A stretch of DNA of 63,964 bases, counting the filler, from Bigelowiella natans CCMP2755 (taxonomy: Eukaryota > Protista > Cercozoa), in NCBI GenBank assembly GCA_000320545.1. It is 7 parts of 7 records of this genome, joined end to end, with 100 filler letters (N's around TTAATTAATTAA, not from the genome) between each part and the next. Parts side by side here need not be neighbours in the genome. Positions count along the whole stretch, not along the records: positions 41,273 to 50,538 come from ADNK01000437.1; positions 50,639 to 55,354 come from ADNK01001430.1; positions 55,455 to 62,603 come from ADNK01002324.1; 4 more parts are not named here. One strand, 5' to 3'. Both the position numbers and the translations under genes were made by a program. Under the pieces are notes generated by a model. That model was not told the origin of the DNA, searched no databases, and saw only the letters and a program-made list of their open reading frames with translations. Below, piece after piece: positions 44,659 to 58,321 of the stretch. Numbering within the stretch: position 1 is the stretch's first letter; each line of letters starts with the position of its first letter.

Positions 44659-45393
44659 GGTTGATTTAATGGCTGGATTGTGGAAGGCCCCCGTGACGGA
44701 ATGAATAATAAAGCATGTGTGGAAAGGCTGACGCCGACTCTTCCGAGAGCCACTTCGGATCTGAGGGTTGCTACTGTTTCTGACCCTGCGACAACATAGA
44801 AAAAATAGCATAGAGGTAAAATCCCCTCGAAAAATGAAGAATCTCGATTGGGATGGTGCTTGCTGGGCGTCATATACCGGTAGTCAAACGAAGTTCAATG
44901 TTCAATGTTCAATGCGTCAAAATTCTCCTGCGTTTCAATGACGTCATGTCAGCATCGTGGCGTCCGTCAGGTGCGCACGTCCAGCTGTTGCAAATGTGCA
45001 AATGTTGCAAGTTGGCAGCGGCACCGACGTTGCACACGCATCAAACAGACGAATGCGCATTGTCCATCGTGCATGCTAGCTGGCATGCTGCGCTCGCTTC
45101 ATTCCATGCAATTTTGGTGGCTACATTTAGATGTGCCAACAAATCTGAACACGTCCACGCACCACACTAGCACAGCACATGGCGCTGTCTTCGCTCATGA
45201 TGCGACAATTGAACTCGCATGGTGTCGCGCTGGTGTTGACAGCCAACACCATGTGAGGCTCTGGCACATGGAATACGTAAGATGTAGACAGTTTCGAATT
45301 CATGCTACCACCAGCAGCTTTGACAAGACCACCGATGTAGCCTTCGAGAATCATTCATTTCAAAGTTGTCATTACTTCTTCCTTCTGTTATCA

Positions 45394-46784
45394 TTAATTT
45401 TTCTCGTCGTCCTCCTGCTCCTTCGCGACAAGACGAGCACGCTCCATCTTCATCAAGTTCAGCACATATCCATGCGACCGCCGAAGCCTGAGCCACACAA
45501 ATAACACAAACACACGCGTTATACGTATCTAGGTAATCTTGTATGGTCTCCAGGTGTACATTGTTAAACAGTGGCGTCACAGTAACGAATCAAATACAGC
45601 ATCAAGGGGGAGTTGAGTATTACCGAGGATCATCCTCCCATGAGCGCTTCGGCAGGAGCTCGTAGCCCCTCCTCTCTGCTTTCTCTTCGTCATCCATCCA
45701 GGTGTCGCCCAGTGTCTGAAAGTAGAGGATCGAAGGGCACACGAATATGACGGCCATGATAAGAGGAGGATGATTGGTGATGCCCCACAACACACAGAAG
45801 GGTACTTTCGTGGAGATTACTTACATTTTTTTGCATATTATCATTACAATCGTCTTTACAGACCATAATCACTACAACTACGACTTCTCTCACCTCCCTC
45901 CTCTCCCTTTTCTCCTCTTCAGCCTGACGCTGTTGCTGCTTCCATCGTGCGTGTCGGGCCTCTAACGCTCTTGCCCTTAAAATCTGTCCCTCCGGCTTCA
46001 TCGAAGGAGCTCCCCCGTACCTATCTGAATCCTCTTTCGCTCCTTTCCCCCTGAGAAGGGGAGGGAGGACCTGTGGTTCGTAATCTTCGTCGTCGCTGTC
46101 GTTACACTGGTCCTCATTTGCCTCAGGATGCTGCGGTTTGTCTCCTCTTCTTATGCCTAAGTCCTCTTGCCGTGCTTCTCCATACTTGACCTCTTTCCCA
46201 TCGTCTCCCGCGTCGAGGTCGCTAGTTTTGATGTCGCGATCGCTGCTGGCGGCTCGGTTTTCATGGAAGTGGACGTATTTATTCTTCAGGATCTTCATCA
46301 TCGTGCTGCTGCAGCTGCTATTCGTAGTAGAAGTGCTACTATCAAGTGGTACCAGTTCTTGCTCGTCGATATTGATAGGACGTTTCCCGGATGCTAGAGC
46401 AGTGCGCTCTCCTCGATGATTCACGCTATTTTGTGTCTTCTCCGCCGTATTCCTCGAATCCATCGTCTTCATCTTCATCCTTTCCTTCCTCGCAGCTATC
46501 TTCCTTTGAAGTTCCTCCACTGAGTCGCCTACGATGGAGGTCTGGCCGATGCGGACGTTACGGTTGCTATAAAGCGTAGCAGGAGAGGGGGTCGGGGTTG
46601 GGCGCATTGTGGCCGCAGCCGTTGGCTGCGGCGAGAGTCCAGGAGGACGATGGGGAAGTGGTGAAGAAAAGGGAGAAGGCCGCTCCTTTCGCCGCCAGCT
46701 TTTTAAGGCAAAAAGACTATTGTTAGAGCTTGGGGATGACGACACGATCCAGTAATTTAATGTCAATCTTATAGTGAGTGCGAT

Positions 46785-46823
<39 letters not shown>

Positions 46824-47886
46824 CTACCTTCGCCTCGGTCCTTCCATTTCCCTCCCGCTCCTTTCCGCTTGTTGATTGTCAAGATCATCAACATCGCCCA
46901 TGATACTCCAACCATCCCCCCTACGTCCGAAAGGTCGTCTCGTTGCCTTCTCTGGAGCAACAAACGTGCCTGCTCCTTCTTCTTCTTCTAGTCTATCGTC
47001 CAAATCCTCTTCCCTCTCTAATTGCTGCTGCTGCTGATGCCGGTGTTGCACTTCGTTCGCGAGGAGCTCCTCGCTGTGGTGGTTTCTTTTGTTGGTCTCG
47101 TTGTGATTACCTTCGACCTGCATTTGCTGTAGTCCAGAGCGAATTACCTATGTGGGGGTTGGGAGGGGGGGAGGAGGAGCAGTTTGAGGAGGATAATGAT
47201 GATGATCATGTGTGTGAAGTGTATGAATGGGCAATACCTCCTTGTCAGCTTTCAACAGCTCGAGTTCCCCCTCTCCCCTTAGCAGCCTGTCGGCCATATT
47301 TCTCTCAGCCTCCGTTGGTGATGGGGGAGGGGTGGCGCCAGCAGCTCTGAGCCTTTGTCGCCGTTCTTCTTCCCGTATCACGTCTCTACGGAGACTGTTA
47401 GGAAGGAACATTTCGTCGTATTCATCGTCGCACTCCTCCTCCCCCCCCTCCTTGCCTCCTCGACGACCACGGCGAGCATGGGTGTGGGCATCATCGTCGC
47501 TATCCTGTGAGGACCATGCCTCTGGATCCGCTATGATAGCAACGGCACAAACGATATGTGTTAGAGAAGAGGAGGAGGAGGAGGAGGGGGAGGAGGAAGA
47601 GCTCGTTGGGTTGACCGTTTATGTTGTCTGTGTCTCTTCTTACGTGTGCCGACGATGGTATAGCTCCCGACTCCATCCTCGTCTTCCTCCCTCGCAATCT
47701 GAGAAGGGCGAGAGGGATATAGAGGGAGGGGAGGGAAGGAGGGAAGGGTAAGCCAAAATCAAGGAGAGGAGGAGCACTTAAAACACTGGCATCTGGTTCA
47801 TATTTAGCAAGAGATATTATGTCGTCTATGGCGGGATTGCCGTTCTTCTAGCTAGTAGGATCTGCAGGGAAATTGAGCCTTCCTCT

Positions 47887-47929
<43 letters not shown>

Positions 47930-48323
47930 TATCTGCCCCCCCCCCCGCTTCGACTCACCACATTTATCTTCTCTTTCTTTGGCTGCGGCTCATAGATCCA
48001 ATCATACGTGGAAGTTTTATTTCGATCGTGAAGGTGGGGAGGCTTTGGCTTGCCCTCGTCGGTTCCCCCCTCCCCGTCCTTCTCGCGCTCGGTGATAGGA
48101 TAGATTCTTCCCCCTGGAAAAAGCATAATGAAGTGTATTATTTGCTATGATTCTTGTGGTACGAGAACAGCACGGCTTGCTTCACCCTGTCCCTCTGGAT
48201 TTTCCTCAGAGTGGCTATGGCTGTCCCACGCGTCGTTGTCCTTTCGTGCAAACCCTCCAGAAACTACGAACTTTTGGAATGATGAGCGCCAGGAAGAAGG
48301 AATGGTAGGTGTATGGAGGGAGG

Positions 48324-48372
<49 letters not shown>

Positions 48373-48647
48373 AGGAGGAAGAGGAGGGCACAACGATGGA
48401 AAGAGAAGGAGGAGAGGGGGGGGGGGAGCACAGTAAGCTTTTTGATTCAACATCGTGAGCAAATGAAGGTGAAAAGGATAGAAAAGAGGGAGTGATGCTT
48501 CCAGTGGCGAGCGAAAGCAACAAAAGCAATGCCTGAGCATTCTGCTCCTTTTCTTCTTCTTTTTCTTCCAAGTTCAATTGAAAGGGGAATGTCATCATCC
48601 ACCACTGTTGGTTCGCAGAGGAGTGGGAGGAAGAGAAATGTATTTAT

Positions 48648-48688
<41 letters not shown>

Positions 48689-48698
48689 TACATAATAG

Positions 48699-48759
<61 letters not shown>

Positions 48760-49607
48760 GAGAGAAACTTCGTCACACAGTACCTCTGGGAGCTGGTCAT
48801 CTTCGAGCTTGCTCAGACGGCGCTGTCAGCATGCATACGGTGTGAGGTAACAGTACACAAATCTGGAGAGGAATGATGTGAGAGAGAAATGACGATGAAA
48901 TCTCCCTGCGCTGTACACACCCCGTACAAATATCTCACTTACTTGCACATCCGTCGTCGCCATTATCATCATCATCATCATCATCATCATCATTATCATC
49001 ATTATCATCAATACTATCAACACGCAAATATCTCATCATCATCGTCACGATAGATAGCGTCTTAGTTGTTGTCAGTACAAGGTCCTTCGTAACGAAGGGG
49101 GGGCTTTCAGGAGGCTGATGATGATCATAGACTTGATTCGTATCTTCCTCTTCAATAGCGTCAATAAGCTATTAATTTCAATAAATGACAAACAACACAT
49201 CACAGCAAGGCTGATTAGATCGAGCAATGCGAACGGGGGGGTAAATCTCCATTTCTCTTCTGATCCCCCCCCCCCCTCCCTTCTTATCACTTTCACGCAT
49301 AAATCGCCATAATACATGGGGATGAGATGAGAATGATGATAACAACACAATCAGCAGCAGCAAGAAAGCAGCAGCAAGCGTACATTTTGATTTTCTTTGT
49401 AGCCTGGGATCTTTTGCCTCTCCTTCGCAGAGAGATTCAAAGGATCACGGCCCCGTACCTGTGCCTTTTCGCGATGAAAATTCACATCAGACAGCAGCGT
49501 GAAGGAGAAGGAGGAGGAGTTGTAGTCAGGATGGGTGAAGAGAAAAGATCGCACCTAACTTGATATCGTATCCTCCGCTGTAAGAGATCAATATTACATA
49601 TTTATAT

Positions 49608-49645
<38 letters not shown>

Positions 49646-49728
49646 TAGGTATTTGTGTGTATGTGTGCAGTTGCTATCACGCGTCGCCGGAAGCAAGTGC
49701 AAGATAAGCAAATAAGCAAACATATTCG

Positions 49729-49768
<40 letters not shown>

Positions 49769-50340
49769 TACTTCGTGCAGCTCTGATTGCGTGATCTCTT
49801 TCTCAATGACCCACGAGTCCGCTTCCTTTTTAATCCGGTCATCCAAATCGATGTTCGCTGCTTCGGTTGCATGCGACATCGTGTACTCGCGCATAAGACT
49901 CAAAGCATCCTGAGAAAGATACGAGGGGGCTCATGCCGGTGGTGTTTGAAAGGAGCAGGCCAAGTGGGAGGCTAATAGCATACATTTCCTCCACATCATA
50001 GTCATTTCACCTTCACATTGAGGAGCTGTCTTCGGTAGTGCGGAATGTGCTTCTTATTCTGCTGCTGCTGCAGCAGGTGGTGGTGGTGGTGGTGGTGGCT
50101 GCTGTTGCGTCTCTCCCTGTTGGAGATTTCTCCATTATCCTGGTCCCCCTCCTTCTCGTGCTCTCCACATTTCACGTCGTGGCTTGTAAATGCCTCTCCT
50201 CCTGGTGACCCTTCCTGTCTCCCTGTCATTTCATTCTCCACTTGATGCTGCCCTGAGCCGAACTGCCTCTTTCTCGACGCCTTCTTCGGCTCTTCAGTTT
50301 TCCTTTCAAAAGGCAATCAGTAAGGGGGGGGTGGACGGCT
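45394..50340 (-). CDS. Large multi-exon, low-complexity, charged coiled-coil hypothetical protein (5' end at or beyond gap)
   Basis: Exon-like segments with splice sites, e.g. DALSLMREYTMSHATEAANIDLDDRIKKEADSW, the ORF 45690-46766 body, TLGDTWMDDEEKAERRGYELLPKRSWEDDPR/LRRSHGYVLNLMKMERARLVAKEQEDDEKN*. Confidence 0.55.
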
Positions 50341-50430
50341 GCTGCGATCGGTTGACACTTGCGCGCATCTACATAAATATATAATAATCTATGAAAGACG
50401 TTGGTAGATCATATGTGTCACATATATGCA

Positions 50431-50489
<59 letters not shown>

Positions 50490-50538
50490 TGTCTTTCATA
50501 GATTATTATATATTTATGTATATGCGCGAGCGCATGCT

Positions 50539-50638
50539 NNNNNNNNNNNNNNNNNNNNNNNNNNNNNNNNNNNNNNNNNNNNTTAATTAATTAANNNNNN
50601 NNNNNNNNNNNNNNNNNNNNNNNNNNNNNNNNNNNNNN
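50539..50638. other. Artificial assembly spacer
   Basis: N44-TTAATTAATTAA-N44. Confidence 0.97.
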
Positions 50639-50689
50639 GATGTGCGCGCGTGTGTGTCGGTGCTGTCTGCTCTGCTTTTCTGTTGGTAG

Positions 50690-51096
50690 CATTGTTCAAT
50701 CGCTACGTTCTATTGAGATCAAGATGAGCTTCATCAACTACAACCTCGATACGATTTCGCAGCCGTGCTATATTTGGGACATCTCCTCTCGGTCGTTTGC
50801 TAGTTGGTTGCTGCAGGAGTTGTTATGTAACATTGACATCGATTGGGAGGCATCGTCGGAAGGGGGGGGGACAAGAAGAAGAAGAAGAAGAAGAAGAAGA
50901 AGAAGAAGAAGAAAACCCCTTTCAGTATAGATTGGTTTGAGAAGCAGTCTTATGCGATTGATGTTGTTGTTTATGTGGCATGTGTTACCATCCCCCCCAA
51001 ACACGCATACAGCTACGTGGCGACGACTTCAGGAAGGGTAATAACGTTATTCTCTTGATTGATGCAGTATACTACAACAGCACTAGTGTCACCACC

Positions 51097-51130
<34 letters not shown>

Positions 51131-51540
51131 TCATTTGCTAGAAACACCTGGTTGACACCAGTCTTCTTTCAGCATCGAAATGTAGGATTATTATTCACAT
51201 GAGTGCATGCATGTAGCAGCCATTCCATCCCTTCCACACACACACACACACACACATGCATGCATGCATGCATGCATGCAGGCATGCATGATACTTCTTC
51301 TCTTCGTAATTCTCACTACACATTCGGTTGGTCATCGTTCCATCAGATCGATCTCGATTTTGTGGCAACCCCTGCTTTATGCACTATGGTTGGTTTTAAT
51401 CCCACCATTATCATCATCATCATCATCATCACCGTCACCACCACCACCTTCATCATCATCATCATCAGAAGTAAAGAGGCAAAACAATAGTAGAGAGAAG
51501 ACACGGAAGTAGTAAATAGACAAGTAAGCTTTGTGGGCAT

Positions 51541-51615
<75 letters not shown>

Positions 51616-52262
51616 GTGTGTGCATGTGCGTGTGCGCGTGTGTGTAGGAAATACCGAGTATCACAGACGGCAAAAAAGGTCATCATCATCATCATCATCA
51701 AATAAAGAAATGCATCCTGCCCCCTTCCCCTTTCGCTTGAAGAAGAACGATAACAAGATCTATCTTTTCATCACATTCTATGGTTAATATCTATTCTTCC
51801 TGCGTCGTGCTATGAATCTAATTCGTCTTGTTCTTCTTGTTGTTGTTGTTAGGATTTTCCGCGTGGTCGGACCCCGGGGCGAGGGATGGCTTCATAGTGC
51901 TTTTAGTCCTTATCTTGTGTTTCTGCACGCTCTCGCAGCTCCTCTACATCAAGGCCTTATATAGGGATCTGCAAGTATGCTTTCCTTGTTCTCCTCCGCC
52001 CCACCCCCCTCATATATCTGTATTTGTGTTTTCTGCCAATCGATTCTGAGAGGACTTTGCAATATAAATGCTTCATGATGCCCTTCGGCCCGGTCTTTCT
52101 CGTCTATTCTTATCGTTTCTTTCTCCCCCCCCCCCCCTTCCCCGATGCAGTTCATACGGGAGCGTCGTTCCAATCCCGTGTCTCTATTAACCGACACAAA
52201 GTAGTGCGAGAAAAAACGACTGCTCATCATCTCCATAGAAGCTCCTCACCAAAAATGATTTT

Positions 52263-52311
<49 letters not shown>

Positions 52312-52329
52312 GCGTTTTTGAGCACACGA

Positions 52330-52376
<47 letters not shown>

Positions 52377-53091
52377 CGCGCGCGCATAGAAGATAGGCTG
52401 CACGTTTATGTTTATCGGCAAGCTAAGATAGAATAGATGACATCGTTGTAGTAGATTACTTCAACCTCTCATCATCATCGTCGTTTGTTGTAGGAGAGGC
52501 GGGGAAGGAACCGCTCAGAGCTCTGCCTCCACCATGGTCAGGAGGAGGGAGAGGCATCTGCATTATTATCATGAAACCATCAGCTTTTGACAACTGATTT
52601 ATTGAATGATCGATGATGATGATGATGATGATGATGATGATAATGATGCGTGAAAATTGTCTTCTCTCCTTCTCTCCCTCCCTCCCTCCCATTATTGGCC
52701 GAACATTCATTCTTCGCTCTTTACCTTAGGTTGTGTTCTTCGATGGCACGATTCCATGTAAGTAGGCAGCACCCCCCCCCCCCCCCCCCCTTCGCATAGA
52801 GGCATTCATGGTGTGTCGTACTATCTCAGGCTCAGAGGCCATAAAGTTCATCAATGCGTGGTTTGTGATAGCGACTGTGAGCAACGTCTTGCTCATCGTC
52901 CACTCCTCATATTGCCTCAGCAGGTGGGAGCAGTAGTAATAGTAGTAGGTAGTGTATTTACCAAGCAAAGAAGATCAGTATGGCCATGGTAGATATAAAT
53001 ATGGCATGGTAGGTAATAGTAGCAGTGCTAGCAATGTACGATTCTCCCGTGCATTATTCAAAACACGCATATATACAATACACATACATAT

Positions 53092-53136
<45 letters not shown>

Positions 53137-53314
53137 GGACATGTTCTTATAATTGCTGCATTGATTATGTATTGGTGAGGTCTTTCTCCTCTCATTTCTT
53201 CTTCTTCTTCTTCTTCTTCTTTTTCTTCTGCTGCTGCTGCTGCTTCTTCTTCGATAGAGGTGTTATTGCTTCTAACGAGGGGCCTTGGCTCGCAGTTATG
53301 GGGTAACACACACG

Positions 53315-53366
<52 letters not shown>

Positions 53367-53732
53367 ATTACATCTTTCTTCCAGAGTGCGTGTCTGTACA
53401 ATAATAGGCTTTTCTTCTCTTTCCCCCACCTGCGATAGCATGGTCATAAATGCGTCGTCTTCGTCGGCACTTTTGTTGATATTGAGCGTTTATTCACCTT
53501 CATCTGCTACTGCTGCCGCTACCACTACTGTTTGTTACTACTGCTAATAATACCCTTACTCAGGTTTGGGGGATTGGCTGCGTGGTTGAGTGTGACGCAA
53601 TTCTTCGAGTCTACATCGACGTAATGATGATGATGATAATGATGATGATGATGATGACGACGACGGTGATGACGATATTCAAAACGTGCTGCTTCTCTTT
53701 CAACGCTATGTATGCAAATGGTGTCACCCGCT

Positions 53733-53783
<51 letters not shown>

Positions 53784-53811
53784 ACGCACACACGTCATAT
53801 ATCACACACAC

Positions 53812-53853
<42 letters not shown>

Positions 53854-54083
53854 GTGATCGTGTGTGTTGCTGCTCTCTGTGATACGCAGGTACTATGTTT
53901 TAATTGCTACGCTCCAAGGGGGTATTCCACGTGTGAGTCGCTTCTTCATCGGGATCTTGCCGATTTTCTTCGCATATGCGATGTTCGGAGTGGCTTACTT
54001 CTCCTCCTACTCGTACAGGTGTGTGGTGTGTGCTCTTACCAACTCACGAACTTACGACCCACAGATATCTGTGCTGTAGCGTG

Positions 54084-54121
<38 letters not shown>

Positions 54122-54273
54122 TGATCGAAGAGAGTGAGAAGCATCATAGACACGAAATCGGGAGAGCGATGGAACACCAACCACGCCGTGTGAGCAGAAG
54201 TATATGCTCTAGAAATGGAAAATAGCAACACGCCGACGCCGCCGCCGCCCTCATTTTCCGCCGGTTGCGTGGT

Positions 54274-54314
<41 letters not shown>

Positions 54315-54426
54315 ACAACGCAGATTCAGCACGCTGGACAATGCTTGCGTGACGCTCTTCAGCTTGGTGAGGAGTGTTGAAATTATACATCGCACACACA
54401 CGCACACACACACACACACACGCACA

Positions 54427-54478
<52 letters not shown>

Positions 54479-54545
54479 GACAAAATTACACATTGACAAT
54501 AAAAAATATGATTTATAATATAGAAACCCTAGTTACGTTTTACTG

Positions 54546-54579
<34 letters not shown>

Positions 54580-55008
54580 AACTGCTAAGTGCTAAGTGCT
54601 ACTACCACAATTGCTTCTCTCTCTCTCTCAGTTAAACGGTGACGTGATCCATGACGTCTTCGATGACCTTCACGCCAACAGCCCTGTCATTTCCAGGTAA
54701 TTAATTGATTGGTTTATTGATCGATTGAATGAGCAATAAATGTATCGATTGTCCGGTGGATGATAGTATGTTTTTTACCCGCATTTTGCACGTAGAAGAC
54801 GCACACACGCTCGTAATCATGGTCTTTTTTCTTAATTTTTGCGTGTTTTTTTTTTAGTTTTTTAATCGAGTTGTTGTGCTGTGTGTGTGTGTGTCTGTGT
54901 ACATTGGTAGGATATATCTGTACAGCTTTCTCGCACTATTCATCTACGCCGTGCTTAACATCTTCGTGGCGATCATCGAGGTATGATGTTGTCGTTTTAG
55001 TCGTCTAC

Positions 55009-55041
<33 letters not shown>

Positions 55042-55176
55042 AATGAGAGCAGGGAAGAAAAAGGAGGCAGAGGAAGAGGAGGGGGGGGTTTGATATCGGA
55101 AGCATATGCCCTATAACGTCATTGCGTAGTTATGCTAACAACAACGTTATGCTCACATGCATGCTTGCGACGATAC

Positions 55177-55213
<37 letters not shown>

Positions 55214-55252
55214 AGGACTCATTCTTCGCAACGAAACATCTGCAAGACAAAG
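50690..55252 (+). CDS. MCOLN: Mucolipin (TRPML)-like cation channel, internal fragment between two gaps
   Basis: S3 IKFINAWFVIATVSNVLLI; S4 GLAAWLSVTQFF; S5 YYVLIATLQGGIPRVSRFFIGILPIFFAYAMFG; pore RFSTLDNACVTLFSL/LNGDVIHDVF; S6 RIYLYSFLALFIYAVLNIFVAIIEDSF. Confidence 0.88.
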
Positions 55253-55274
55253 TAATCGTTCGCCCAAGCAAGCA

Positions 55275-55328
<54 letters not shown>

Positions 55329-55354
55329 AGAGAGGAGGAGGAGGGAGGGGGAGG

Positions 55355-55454
55355 NNNNNNNNNNNNNNNNNNNNNNNNNNNNNNNNNNNNNNNNNNNNTT
55401 AATTAATTAANNNNNNNNNNNNNNNNNNNNNNNNNNNNNNNNNNNNNNNNNNNN
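55355..55454. other. Artificial assembly spacer
   Basis: N44-TTAATTAATTAA-N44. Confidence 0.97.
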
Positions 55455-56806
55455 TCTCGAGCTCAGATCGAAGTCTCCATCGTCATCCATCGTAGTACCA
55501 ACAGCATTGACGACGGCCCCATCATCAATCAAAAATTCATCATTATTGATAGAGTGGGGAGTGACGGTCAATGGTTGGTCCAGCTGATGAGACAAAGTAA
55601 AGCGCTACATTAGCCCGACGGACGCTTGCTTGTGCATTCTTGCACTGAAAGCATCTAAGTGGTCCCGCATCCAGCGAGAGAGGATTCAGGATAACAACAA
55701 CGAACCACATTGTCCAAGAGCATGGCGAACACTGACATGAATCGCGGCAGAAAGCTACAGTATTATTACCAGACGTATAACCGAAATGACCTCGTTCTTC
55801 TCCTCGTCCTCGATGGCCCCACACTCCCCTCCTCCTCCGATATCACTAGAGACCACCCTCTCAGTTTCCCCTCCGTCTTCGTCAGTAGAGGCTATGCGCG
55901 TATCGATGTTTCTCGGGTCAGGCTGTGCTGTGGCAACGAAGAAACCGCGTCGCACCGCACCAGAGGGTGAGGAGGACGAATGCCCAATACCATTTTTCTC
56001 CTCCTCGTCCTCTTCCTTCCCACTCCCTTGTTTATTATCCTCCATTCTCTGTTACTTTCGCTTAGCACTGTGCTACAGACTAATAGATGGTCGCTCGGCT
56101 CTCCGCTGCCACCGCCGCCGTCGCCGCCGCCGCCGTCGTCGTCGTCGTCGCCGCTGCACGAGCGAGCGAGTATCCCGACGCGTTCACGGTCCATATTCCA
56201 AGAAAAAACGAGAAGCCGCAAAATTTGGAAGGCTATATTCAACATTTTAATGATTCTGGTCAAGTCGCAATCAAAAAATAAAACCTCTTCACAAGATACG
56301 ATTCCGGACGTATGAAAATTTTCGGGCTTGTTAAACCGTCACGAAAAAGCCCTTGTAGAATGACGGAGAATTAAACGGATAAAGTTTTCGCATTTGGTTG
56401 TCGCAGGCTTAAAAATCGAAGGGAGTTCTCGGAAAACATGAATCCGAAGAAACTGCTCTGGAAAATCAACTCCAAGCTCAAAATATAGAAAAACGGATTA
56501 GGATCATTGTCTTCAAGAGATATTCCCCTTAATTTCAATACAATCTGAAAGTGTGAGTTGGGATTATTTTTGAGCCTAGAATACCTAAGGAAGGAAAACG
56601 TGAAAGTAGAACGGAAACTTGGTAACTTACTGAAAACGGCAAGCACGTTTCCCCCCCGTTTCCTCCACCTAAGGAGGGGGCATGGACTGGCCTGCATAGG
56701 CTAAGATAGAGCCTGATTAGGAATCTGCAATCCATCGCAAGGAAGACAGGCAAACCGTTTTATTTCTTAAGTATAGAGTAGGAACACGCTTCCCGTCGAT
56801 CAAACG

Positions 56807-57394
56807 ATGCAGGACAAGGTGAATATGTGAACGGATAATGACAAAACACTTCTTCCCAATTCCCAACACCCCCCCTCCCCCGTAGACTGCGCACTCGTTT
56901 TATAAAACCAACGTGCACGCATGTGAATTGATCGGTTGGTTGGGTGTGTGTTCCTCAGAAAGCATACCAGGTCAAGGAGGAGCAGAAAGCAGCGTACGAG
57001 CGCATGCAGAGGCAGTATGCGATTGAACAAGATATCGAAGAAACAGAGGCAAAATGGAACAAGAAGACGGTAGCAGTTTTTCCTCACTGTCTGGAACCAT
57101 CCAACCTCTGCCTGAACTCCATTCGAGTGAAAGAGTAATTGCTTGGTTGTGTTGACTACGGGGCAGGTGTTCCAAACGCTTATCTCCCAGGCGTCCTTGG
57201 GCGATGTTGAAGGAATAGTGCGATCTCTTGAAGATGGGGTTTCTTCCAACTGTCAAGGGGAACAAGTAGTGATTTTACGATATATACATATAATCTCAAT
57301 AAATATATAATTCACTAATCTTCTGTCAATCTCACACTTGATCTTCCGCATTAATCCAATCGTTATTATTCATCCTCTTGCTTTCATCAACCTT

Positions 57395-57450
<56 letters not shown>

Positions 57451-57814
57451 CTCAGTGTGGGGACACGCCACTGGTCGTTGCGTGTGAGCATGGGCACTTG
57501 AAAGCAGCTCAGCTCCTGCTGGACCGTAAAGCCACCATTAACATGAAATCCAAGGTTTATCTTGCCTAACGAAACAGGAACAGCACCAAGACATTCCACA
57601 TAAACAATCATCTCCACATTCTCCCAATAGCTCCTGTAACAGATTCTAGGCAATTGTGCCCTATGGACATTCGTGAGCTATGTGTGTTCTGTGCCCTTAC
57701 CTTTTCTCAGCGTGGGCTGACGCCGTTGATGGCGGCTGCCGCGCACGGCAGGATGGACTGCTTGGAGCTTCTTCTTCGTAGCGGCGCTAGTGTAGACGAA
57801 ACCGAGGAGGTACA

Positions 57815-57869
<55 letters not shown>

Positions 57870-58270
57870 GTGTGTGTGCGTGCGTGTGTGGATGACCCAC
57901 CGTCCAAGTTTTCGGATATCATTCTATTTTGATTTGGCACGTAAACACAAACGGCGCCACACCGCAGACAAAGTTAATTCTATTACCATTTATACTCTAC
58001 TCGATCAACGGTCAGTCCGGATACTCCGCGATGCATCTGGCGGTTCGCAGCGGCCGCATGGAATGTGTCGATCCGCTCCTAGAAGCGGGCGCCGACATCA
58101 ACATTAAAACGCACGTGCGTAAGCAAAGCACGACACGAGATCAGATTTGTAGAAAAATGAAGAATTGCGATGTGATGTGATGCTAAGAATTCAAAGCCTT
58201 CAGATAATGCGTTATACGCTCGTAGATATACGTTTATACACACATTCTAATACGGAAAAGTTTTAAACAC

Positions 58271-58321
<51 letters not shown>

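Noticed and set aside
44905-45504. 199-aa plus-strand ORF
   Set aside because: Lies in a palindrome-rich intergenic patch and overlaps the last exon of a minus-strand gene; non-protein-like composition.
55455-56320. Exon-like sequence after the fifth gap
   Set aside because: May be the mucolipin C-terminus or another gene; the frame cannot be fixed from sequence alone.
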